Assembly: GCA_001821795.1 (NCBI GenBank)
Contig: MHOB01000023.1
Location: forward strand, 1 to 33,998
Length of the DNA stretch: 33,998 nt
From: Candidatus Ryanbacteria bacterium RIFCSPLOWO2_12_FULL_47_9c
GTDB taxonomy: Bacteria; Patescibacteriota; Minisyncoccia; Ryanbacterales; GWA2-47-10b
Direction of reading: 5' to 3'
The position numbers and the translations under genes were made by a program. Of this stretch, positions 7,721 to 19,162 are shown piece after piece. The notes below the pieces were generated by a model. It was not told where the DNA came from. It searched no databases and worked only from the letters and a program-made list of their open reading frames with translations. Numbering within the stretch: the stretch's first letter is position 1; each line of letters opens with the position of its first letter.

Positions 7721-8755
7721 ATGGAATTGCTTGAAACCCTCAAAAAACGCGCCCTTGAGACACTTGAAAAAGTAGCGGACGCGTCCGGTCTTGCGCAGTG
7801 GGAAATCGAAATTTTTGGCCGCAAACAGGGGGAATTGACTCGTCTTTTGCGCTCGCTTCGGGACCTTCCCGAGGCGGAACGGAGAAAGATCGGCGCGGGT
7901 GCAAATAAACTCCGAGAGAAACTTGAGGAGGAATTAAACAAAAAACGGGCATTTATCAAAAAACAAACTACCAAGCGCGAGCTCCTTAAAGAAAAAGTAG
8001 ACATTACGTTTCCCGGCACTCGCCACAAACGCGGGCATTTGCATCCGCTTACTCAAATCCGGCTTACATCCGAACATATTTTTACCTCATTGGGATTTGC
8101 GATTGTGGAAGGTCCTGAAATCGAGACCGAATTTTACAATTTCGATGCCCTCAATATGGCGGGGCATTCAGCGCGCGATATGCAGGAGACGTTTTGGCTT
8201 GATAAATCTATACCCGGGAAGAATAGATATGTGCCGCGCACGCAGGTAACGGGAATCCAGGTGCGCTTTATGGAGCGGCATAATCCGCCTTTCCGTATTG
8301 TCTACAGCGGCACGTGTTTTCGGCGAGAAGCGACTGACGCATCCCACGAATTTCAGTTTGATCAGCTCGAATGTCTTATGGTAGATAAAGATATTACGGT
8401 CGCAAATCTTAAATATATCCTCCACGCGTTTTTTGAGAAACTTTTCGGCAAGGGAGTTGAGATTCGTCTTCGCCCAAGTTATTTTCCTTTTACCGAGCCG
8501 AGTTTTGAGGTTGATATTACCTGTATCGGGTGCAGTGGCCGCGGATGTTCTATTTGCAAACAATCTGGTTGGGTGGAGCTTTTGGGAGCGGGCATGGTAA
8601 ATCAAAAGGTGTTTAAAGCGGCGGGATATGTGCCGCGCCAGTGGCAGGGCTTTGCTTTCGGCATGGGGCTCGACCGTATCGCGATGATGAAATACAAAAT
8701 TCCCGACATCCGCCTCTTCCGCCAAAACGATATCCGCTTCCTACAGCAGTTTTAG
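7721..8755 (+). CDS. pheS: Phenylalanyl-tRNA synthetase alpha subunit
   Basis: Motifs GHLHPL, GPEIETEFYNFDALN, RPSYFPFTEPS, C-x2-C...C-x2-C, GFAFGMGLDR and DIRFLQQF. Confidence 0.97.
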   Translation: MELLETLKKRALETLEKVADASGLAQWEIEIFGRKQGELTRLLRSLRDLPEAERRKIGAGANKLREKLEEELNKKRAFIKKQTTKRELLKEKVDITFPGTRHKRGHLHPLTQIRLTSEHIFTSLGFAIVEGPEIETEFYNFDALNMAGHSARDMQETFWLDKSIPGKNRYVPRTQVTGIQVRFMERHNPPFRIVYSGTCFRREATDASHEFQFDQLECLMVDKDITVANLKYILHAFFEKLFGKGVEIRLRPSYFPFTEPSFEVDITCIGCSGRGCSICKQSGWVELLGAGMVNQKVFKAAGYVPRQWQGFAFGMGLDRIAMMKYKIPDIRLFRQNDIRFLQQF

Positions 8756-8760
8756 TATTT

Positions 8761-12832
<4,072 letters not shown>

Positions 12833-12836
12833 AAAT

Positions 12837-13676
12837 ATGGCCGACTTAGCTAATCTTTTCCGCTTATCAAAGCTTCTTTTAATTTTCGGTCTTGCCCTTG
12901 TCCTAACTTTTTATTTCGGTTCGTATTTTCTTGGTGCATCTCTTGAAATGTTATACGGTAGCTCTTTTCTTAAATATGCAACGTTCAGTATTTTTCTTTT
13001 TTCAATAATCTGTGGCATCTCGTGGCTTATTTTTACTAATAATATAGCGACTACCATACAAAGAGCTCGCTTTGCAATGATCGGCCTTGTCTTTCTCGGG
13101 GTTATGGGTGTTACTCTGATCTTATTTATCCAACCCCTATGTTATGATTCGAATTTGATTTGTGGCAGTGTTTCTATTTACTTTCGGGAAGACCTATCTT
13201 CACGCGAAATTTTTAGCTTCATTCGGGAGAGGGGTTTATCTGTCACGGGTCAAGCAAAAAATCAGTTTTTCGAATTATCAAAGCCGGAAGCATACTTTGA
13301 TGTACAGATTCCAGTTGAGCTAGAAAGAGAAGAGCAACACTCTTTTTTAAATAGTATTTTTGCTAATCTTACGAAAGAACAATCTCTAGATTATTGTTCT
13401 AGTATTGACGATGATCCCTTTGGATATCGTATTAAACCTTCCCAAGTGAGAATCGAGTGCATTTTTAAAAATGACACGCCATTGTCTGAAATTAATGCGT
13501 TTCAGTCAAGATATCCTGAACTCAAGTTTGGTGGCGATGATCATATCTATATTTTTAATTATATTCGCATCCGGGTGCCAGTTGGGACCGAAAACGCGTG
13601 GGTAAAAAAACTGGAACGCCACCCCGAAGTTATTGATGCAACGGCGCCGTATACTCCATCATTACCTTCAATATGA
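12837..13676 (+). CDS. Hypothetical membrane protein: 3 predicted TM helices plus a soluble C-terminal region
   Basis: The ATG at 12837 is 4 nt after the gyrB stop. There are three hydrophobic stretches and AT-rich codon usage. The C-terminal IRVPVGTE.AWVKKLERHPEV resembles S8 propeptide-like domains (tentative). Confidence 0.7.
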   Translation: MADLANLFRLSKLLLIFGLALVLTFYFGSYFLGASLEMLYGSSFLKYATFSIFLFSIICGISWLIFTNNIATTIQRARFAMIGLVFLGVMGVTLILFIQPLCYDSNLICGSVSIYFREDLSSREIFSFIRERGLSVTGQAKNQFFELSKPEAYFDVQIPVELEREEQHSFLNSIFANLTKEQSLDYCSSIDDDPFGYRIKPSQVRIECIFKNDTPLSEINAFQSRYPELKFGGDDHIYIFNYIRIRVPVGTENAWVKKLERHPEVIDATAPYTPSLPSI

Positions 13677-13699
13677 ATACGGTAGTGACACTACCGTAT
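13677..13699. repeat. REP-like perfect palindrome, left of the RAYT
   Basis: ATACGGTAGTG-A-CACTACCGTAT has 11-bp arms and contains GTAG. Confidence 0.9.
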
Positions 13700-13719
13700 A
13701 ATCTCTCTATACTGGATAT

Positions 13720-14388
13720 GTGGCTTGTGTAAACGGCGAGTATTACCATATTGTTAATCGCGGCGTTGAAGGACGAACCATATTTACATCCACAAGGGAT
13801 TTTAATCGTTTTAAACGCGGGCTTCTTTTGTTTAACACAACGGGTTTTACCGAGCTCCGCACGGTTTCAGAGCGGGTTTTTCTTCAAAAGCTAGCATCGG
13901 GAAAGGTCAGTCGTCTTGTGGATGTTATAGCGTACTGTCTGCTCGGTAATCACTTTCATCTTTTTGTCAGACAAAATGTCGATAAGGGCGTGGAAACCTT
14001 TTTACGAAAGCTCCTTGGTGGTTATACAAGGTTTTTTAATATTGTAAAAAAGAGAAGAGGTGTTCTCTTTCAGTCACATTCGCGGATTATCCATGTGAAT
14101 CACGAAACATATTTTGATCATGTTCCGCGATATATTATTTTGAATTCCCTCGATTCAGTTGATATACGATGGAGGGTACACGGCGTGACTAACACTCAAA
14201 AAATCAAAAAAATTCTTATTGAATATCCTTACTCGAGTTTTAACGGCATGATCCAGCGGGGACTTGATCCAATACTCTCTGACGACCTTATAGGTGAAGT
14301 ACTCGATCGAAAAAATTTTCTTAACGATTTACTTGCATGGAGTTCAGAAAATTATATTGACGCAAAACCCGTTCTTATTGAACCGTAA
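13720..14388 (+). CDS. REP-associated tyrosine transposase (RAYT/TnpA-REP, HUH Y1 family)
   Basis: Motifs YYHIVNRG, AYCLLGNHFHL (HUH), YTRFFN...R.G.LFQ, RYIILN (catalytic Tyr) and YPYSS. It is flanked by palindromes. Confidence 0.9.
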   Translation: MACVNGEYYHIVNRGVEGRTIFTSTRDFNRFKRGLLLFNTTGFTELRTVSERVFLQKLASGKVSRLVDVIAYCLLGNHFHLFVRQNVDKGVETFLRKLLGGYTRFFNIVKKRRGVLFQSHSRIIHVNHETYFDHVPRYIILNSLDSVDIRWRVHGVTNTQKIKKILIEYPYSSFNGMIQRGLDPILSDDLIGEVLDRKNFLNDLLAWSSENYIDAKPVLIEP

Positions 14389-14393
14389 CACGC

Positions 14394-14437
14394 ATACGGT
14401 AGTGTCACTACCGTGTTTTTACACTACCGTGTTTTTA
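14394..14437. repeat. REP-like palindrome right of the RAYT plus a 16-bp tandem duplication
   Basis: ATACGGTAGTG-T-CACTACCGTGT at 14394-14416. CACTACCGTGTTTTTA occurs at 14406-14421 and again at 14422-14437. Confidence 0.88.
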
Positions 14438-14525
14438 ATAAAAAAGAGGCCAGCTTGTTCAGAAATTAACTTCGACTTGTTTCTGGCGAGCAAAAACAAG
14501 GGGGATTCCGCTACCGGAGGAAGAC

Positions 14526-14553
14526 TTGCATAGCAATTACTCTGTGGTATAAT
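14526..14553 (+). promoter_or_regulatory. Putative sigma70 promoter of secE-nusG-rplK
   Basis: TTGCAT-N16-TATAAT with an extended -10 (TG). A GCCC-GCGA-GGGC hairpin follows in the leader. Confidence 0.65.
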
Positions 14554-14595
14554 GGTATTCAATAGGCCCGCGAGGGCTTTTAAGATTACTTACAA

Positions 14596-14790
14596 ATGAC
14601 AAATATGTTTTCACGGATTGTTAATTATTTAAAAGAGACGCGCTCTGAAATGCACAAGGTTAACTGGCCCACCATGAAGCAAACCATTCAGTCGACGCTT
14701 GTTGTTATCGCGATTTCCATCGGCATTGCGTTTTATCTTGGCGTGTTTGATTACGTATATCGAACACTGCTTCAGACGTTTGTTTTTTAA
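14596..14790 (+). CDS. secE: Preprotein translocase subunit SecE
   Basis: EMHKVNWPT motif, a single TM ending GVFD, immediately upstream of nusG. Confidence 0.93.
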   Translation: MTNMFSRIVNYLKETRSEMHKVNWPTMKQTIQSTLVVIAISIGIAFYLGVFDYVYRTLLQTFVF

Positions 14791-14796
14791 GGAATC

Positions 14797-15342
14797 ATGC
14801 CAAAACAAATATCAGAATACGGGCGGAACTGGTATGCCATCCATACTTATTCGGGATATGAAGACGCGGTAGCGCGCAACTTGAAGCAGCGCGTTGAATC
14901 GATGGGGATGGAAGATAAAATCTTCAATGTCATTGTGCCGACCGAGAAGCGAATTACGATCAAGAGCGGCAAGCGGAAAGTCATTGAGGAAAAAATTTAT
15001 CCTGGCTATGTGCTCATCGACATGATCGTGACGGATGATTCGTGGTATGTTGTGCGCAACACGCCTCGGGTGACTGGGTTCGTCGGCGCCGGCGTTATTC
15101 CCTCGCCGCTTGAAAAGCACGAGGTTGATGTGCTTTTGAATCGTATGGGAGAGACGGAACCCCGCCATAAAATTAACGTTATCAAGGGAGACAACGTCCG
15201 CATTACCGATGGGCCGTTTAAAGAAATGGAAGGCCGGGTTGAAGAGGTTGACGAAGAGCGCGGAAAGATTAAAGTGTTGGTATCTCTGTTTGGTCGGGAG
15301 ACTCCAGTCGAGCTCGATCCATTACAAACGAAGAAATTATAA
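14797..15342 (+). CDS. nusG: Transcription elongation factor NusG
   Basis: Motifs WYAIHTYSGYE, YPGYVL, VRNTPRVTGFVG, KOW VRITDGPF and FGRETPVEL. Confidence 0.97.
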   Translation: MPKQISEYGRNWYAIHTYSGYEDAVARNLKQRVESMGMEDKIFNVIVPTEKRITIKSGKRKVIEEKIYPGYVLIDMIVTDDSWYVVRNTPRVTGFVGAGVIPSPLEKHEVDVLLNRMGETEPRHKINVIKGDNVRITDGPFKEMEGRVEEVDEERGKIKVLVSLFGRETPVELDPLQTKKL

Positions 15343-15369
15343 ATCTCGTTTACAAATCCACGTAATACT

Positions 15370-15795
15370 ATGGCAAAGCAAATCAAAACAATCGTAAAAC
15401 TTCAGATCCTGGCGGGGAAGGCAACAGCTGCGCCGCCGGTAGGTACCGCCCTTGGGCCACATGGTATCAACTTGGGTGATTTTGTTTCGCGTTTCAATTC
15501 AGGAACCGCCGATCGCGGCACCGATATTGTTCCAGTTGAGGTTACGATTTATCAGGATCGCACGTTTGATCTTGTATTTAAGACTGCTCCGGCGTCCGAC
15601 TTGCTTCGGAAAGCGGCAGGCGTTGAGAAGGGATCGGGAAAACCCCTGCAATCAAAAGTTGGATCAATTACCGAGAAACAGCTTGAGGAAATCGCCACAA
15701 AAAAGATGGTTGATTTGAATGCTAATGATACGGAGGCAGCAAAAAAAATCATCGCTGGCACTGCCCGCTCTATGGGGATTGAGATCAAGAAGTAA
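15370..15795 (+). CDS. rplK: 50S ribosomal protein L11
   Basis: Motifs KLQILAGKAT.APPVGTALG, DRTF, DLNA and IAGTARSMGI. Confidence 0.97.
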   Translation: MAKQIKTIVKLQILAGKATAAPPVGTALGPHGINLGDFVSRFNSGTADRGTDIVPVEVTIYQDRTFDLVFKTAPASDLLRKAAGVEKGSGKPLQSKVGSITEKQLEEIATKKMVDLNANDTEAAKKIIAGTARSMGIEIKK

Positions 15796-15820
15796 TCCTT
15801 TAAATCAGATGACTCGTATG

Positions 15821-15843
15821 ATAACCTCAAAGGAGGTTATTTT
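15821..15843 (+). terminator. Hairpin between rplK and tmk (possible weak terminator or SD-sequestering stem)
   Basis: ATAACCTC-aaag-GAGGTTAT followed by TTT. It overlaps AGGAGGT. Confidence 0.45.
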
Positions 15844-15848
15844 GATGT

Positions 15849-16487
15849 ATGGACAAACACGCGACTGGAAAATTCATTGTTTTTGAAGGCGGGGAGTGTG
15901 TTGGTAAAACAAGCCAAATTAAGCTGCTCGCAGAGAGGCTTCGCGTATTTGGTCATGATGTGGTAGTGACAAAGGAGCCCGGAGGCGGAGGGGAAGAGCC
16001 GCGCAGGATTCGTGAATTGTTACTTTCTGGCACGCTTTCGCCAAAAGAAGAAATAGAGCTTTTTATAAAAAATCGCCGTCTTCATGTTGCGAATCTTATT
16101 CGGCCGTCACTTGAAAAAGGTTGTATTATCCTATGCGATCGATTTTCCGACTCTACGTTTGCTTATCAATGTTATGCGCGAAACTTGGGTATTGAGTCGG
16201 CACAACTTCTTGATGCGGATGCACGGCAGGGCGTTGCCCCCGACTTAGTAATCGTTCTTGATATGCCGGTAGAGCGCGCACTCGAGCGTCTATCTCAAAG
16301 AAAGGGAGAGGTATCCGCATTTGATCGGGAAAAACGAGAATTTCACGAACGAGTGCGAGCAGGTTTCCGGGCGGTTGCGAAAGCTTTTTCCCATAACCAT
16401 GTCGTGCTTAATGCCGATGCGAGTCAGGAATCTGTTGCTACGGCAGTATGGGGTGTTATTGTAGAAAGATTTCCTGGTATAGTATAA
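15849..16487 (+). CDS. tmk: Thymidylate kinase
   Basis: Motifs FIVFEGGECVGKTSQ (P-loop), TKEPGG, LCDRFSDSTFAYQ, PDL and FHERVR.GF. Confidence 0.95.
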   Translation: MDKHATGKFIVFEGGECVGKTSQIKLLAERLRVFGHDVVVTKEPGGGGEEPRRIRELLLSGTLSPKEEIELFIKNRRLHVANLIRPSLEKGCIILCDRFSDSTFAYQCYARNLGIESAQLLDADARQGVAPDLVIVLDMPVERALERLSQRKGEVSAFDREKREFHERVRAGFRAVAKAFSHNHVVLNADASQESVATAVWGVIVERFPGIV

Positions 16488-16495
16488 ATATTCTT

Positions 16496-17635
16496 ATGCA
16501 AGGCGCTTTTCCATCTCAAAAAATCAAAGAACTCATTACGGGCGGCGCAATTGTAAATGCGAACATTACTAATGTACAGCCGGCAAGTTTAGATTTGACC
16601 ATAAGTGAAGAAATATACCGAGTAGATGCGCTTTTTCTGCCTCGCGTTGGCGAAACGGTACGGCATGCGATGGAAAAAGTAAATCCTTTAAAGTTTAACC
16701 ACGATAATGTTTTTGAAGTAGGGGTTCCATATCTTGTACGCCTTAACGAGGTACTCGCGTTGCCTTCCGATGTATATGCATACATGAATCCCAAGAGCAC
16801 AACGGGAAGGAACGATGTTAAGGTTTCTGTTATTGCCGATGGAATTTCTCGTTTTGATTCAGCAGGTATTTCTGGATATCGCGGAGAGCTTTGGGCGTTT
16901 ATCGAGCCGAAATCATTCCGAATCCGCTTGGCACCGAACGAGGCATTAATACAAATTCGTTTTTTTAATAGTGATACTCGAATCCGCGAGAAAGATCTTC
17001 CTTTATTTTATGAATCAGAAAAGATTCTCTATAACAGCGAGGGAAAAGAAATTCCCTATGATAAGTTAAAAATCTCGGACCGTGATGGCGGCCTCATCCT
17101 TACCGTAGATCTTGATAGCGATATGATCGGTTGGTGCTGCCAAGGTTCACGAAACGTGCTCGATTTTTCCAAACGCAATTTTTATAATCCAAACGATTTT
17201 TTCGAGCCACTGAAGCGCCCTTCAAAGGGAATGCTTTTTTTGCGGCGCGGCAGTTTTTATATTTTTTATACGAAACAATATGTACGTGTTCCCGCGGGTT
17301 TTACATGCGAGATGGCGCCTGTAGATATACGCAATGGTGAGTATCGGTCGCATTATGCGGGTTACATCGATCCCGGATGGGGGTGGGGAGAAAACGGGGA
17401 AATTCTGGGGCGCCCCCTTGTGCTCGAGGTACGCCCGTTTGACGACAACATCCTTCTTTATGATAATCAGCCGGTTTGCAAGCTTATATTTGAGCGGATG
17501 CTTGAAAAACCTGAAATGTTGTATGGAGAGAAGGCCCAGTCGAACTATTTTAGCCAGCAGGGGCCAGTGCTTTCGAAACACTTTAAGCGAAGTAATTCCT
17601 ATGATATCTCAAGAGAATCTTTTTCAGCCGGATAA
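16496..17635 (+). CDS. dcd: dCTP deaminase, long (about 380 aa) two-domain DCD type
   Basis: Motifs VQPASLDL, NPKSTTGR.DV, GYRGEL, GEYRSHYAGYIDPGWG, VLEVR and SNY..QG..LSKHF. Start placed at ATG 16496. Confidence 0.88.
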   Translation: MQGAFPSQKIKELITGGAIVNANITNVQPASLDLTISEEIYRVDALFLPRVGETVRHAMEKVNPLKFNHDNVFEVGVPYLVRLNEVLALPSDVYAYMNPKSTTGRNDVKVSVIADGISRFDSAGISGYRGELWAFIEPKSFRIRLAPNEALIQIRFFNSDTRIREKDLPLFYESEKILYNSEGKEIPYDKLKISDRDGGLILTVDLDSDMIGWCCQGSRNVLDFSKRNFYNPNDFFEPLKRPSKGMLFLRRGSFYIFYTKQYVRVPAGFTCEMAPVDIRNGEYRSHYAGYIDPGWGWGENGEILGRPLVLEVRPFDDNILLYDNQPVCKLIFERMLEKPEMLYGEKAQSNYFSQQGPVLSKHFKRSNSYDISRESFSAG

Positions 17636-19109
17636 ATACAAGGTTTTCCTCGGCGAAGGAAAGTCGGTTGGGTTTTGCACTATCTGGAATGAGCCGGAAG
17701 CGACGGTAAAGCGCGACCCGAGAGTACTCGAGCGCTCGGCAATTGTGGGCACGCTCTATAGCAGACAGGGTGTTAACGCAATTTTACGCAACCTTGCCCT
17801 AAATCCGCAGATTCGAACTTTGTATCTCTGGGGGTATGGGACTCTTTCGAATACTCCTTTTGGCCTTACGGGAAAAAGTATTTTAGTAAATATCTGGACC
17901 GGCGGCATTGATGAGAATCACATGGTGCGCGGCACGAGTTTCAAAATTGACAGTGAAATCCCCGCCACGGTTATCGAAACAATTCGTGCGAATGTTGAGT
18001 TGAGAGACATCAGCACTTTAACATTTGAGGAGGCGATGGCCTCGCTCCAGCAAAGTGGCGATGCTGTCCCGTACATGAGGCCACAAGTTTTTCCCGACCC
18101 GGTACAGGAAAAGATTGATATGTTTCCTTCTGAACAAGTTGGATGGCTTGTGCGTGGCCGCACTGTTGTAGAAGCATGGACGCGCGTTGTCGACCGCATT
18201 ATGCGCTATGGCACCACTAAAGGTACGCAATACGGCATGCAGCAGCGAGAGTTGATTGGCGTGACGTGGGTTATTTCGGCGGAAGATCCAGCCGAGCCAT
18301 TTTTGAATGTTGATTGGCCGGAAGAGGTGCGAAAAACAATCGGACTTACAAAAGAAGCGATCAACGAATATCACGGTGTTTTTCTTTCAAAAGAATTGCC
18401 GGCCGGTATCACCTATACCTATGGCAATCGTCTTATGCAGTATCCGGCGCCGGGCGGCGCACCGATTGATCAGATTGAAGATGTTATCATAAAATCTTTT
18501 CGTTCTTCTCCCGATACGCGCCGCGCAGTTGCAACAACAATGGTGCCGCCCATTGATAAAGATTCAAACGAGCCGCCGTGCATCACTCAAGTCCAGGCAC
18601 TGCAATCCGGCGGAGCTCTTCATTTTTTGGTAACCGTACGGAGCCACGATATTTTTAAAGCGGCTATTCCGAATGCGTTCGGTTTGCGCATGCTGCAAAT
18701 GCGCGTGGCAAGTGAGCTCGGTTTCTCGATGGGCGTACTGCAGATTACATCACAGTCCGCACATATTTATGAAGCAGATTGGGACAATGCCAAAAAGCTT
18801 GCCGCATGCGTTGTGTGGGAAAGAGAGCCCGAAAAAATATTTCGTCCGGAACTTCACGCAGATCCGCGCGGCGTTGTAGTTGTTCTTATCAAAGAAGACG
18901 AAATTGTTGCTGAAATAAAAGCGCCAACCGGTGAGGATTTGATCGAAATTCGCGGTAAGACCGCTAAAGATGTAGCGGCAAAACTCTCACAGCTCGACCT
19001 CTTGAGCAGGTCCGACCATCTTCTCGATATAGGTATGGAGCTTGAGAAAGCTGAAATCGCAAAACAGAAAGGGATTGTGTATATCCAAGACCGACCCCTC
19101 CGATTTTAG
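17601..19109 (+). CDS. thyA: Multidomain thymidylate synthase: MtrA-like N-terminal domain, archaeal-type ThyA domain, DUF4346-like C-terminal domain
   Basis: ThyA motifs YTYGNRL, DTRRA, PPCI, RSHD...N and SAHIYE. The N-terminal CTIW...AIVGTLYS.QGVNAILRNLALNPQIR resembles MtrA. The C-terminal DPRG...HLLDIGMELEKAEIA...G..YIQD resembles DUF4346. Start at ATG 17601 overlaps the end of dcd. Confidence 0.82.
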   Translation: MISQENLFQPDKYKVFLGEGKSVGFCTIWNEPEATVKRDPRVLERSAIVGTLYSRQGVNAILRNLALNPQIRTLYLWGYGTLSNTPFGLTGKSILVNIWTGGIDENHMVRGTSFKIDSEIPATVIETIRANVELRDISTLTFEEAMASLQQSGDAVPYMRPQVFPDPVQEKIDMFPSEQVGWLVRGRTVVEAWTRVVDRIMRYGTTKGTQYGMQQRELIGVTWVISAEDPAEPFLNVDWPEEVRKTIGLTKEAINEYHGVFLSKELPAGITYTYGNRLMQYPAPGGAPIDQIEDVIIKSFRSSPDTRRAVATTMVPPIDKDSNEPPCITQVQALQSGGALHFLVTVRSHDIFKAAIPNAFGLRMLQMRVASELGFSMGVLQITSQSAHIYEADWDNAKKLAACVVWEREPEKIFRPELHADPRGVVVVLIKEDEIVAEIKAPTGEDLIEIRGKTAKDVAAKLSQLDLLSRSDHLLDIGMELEKAEIAKQKGIVYIQDRPLRF

Positions 19110-19162
19110 GCATTTCTTGTGATTTTTTTGTTGGTGGGTTACCATGGGCGCATTGTTTTATT

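Larger units (their letters stand above)
13677..14437. mobile_element. REPtron-like unit (palindrome - RAYT - palindrome)
   Basis: Related palindromes lie in opposite orientation about 20 nt before the start and 5 nt after the stop of the RAYT gene. Confidence 0.75.

Noticed and set aside
13677..14437. Palindromic repeats as a CRISPR array
   Set aside because: There are only two and a half copies around a gene, with no regular spacers and no cas genes.
15962..15971. GGTAGTGACA matching the REP core inside tmk
   Set aside because: It has no second arm and lies in coding sequence (VVT), so it is consistent with chance.
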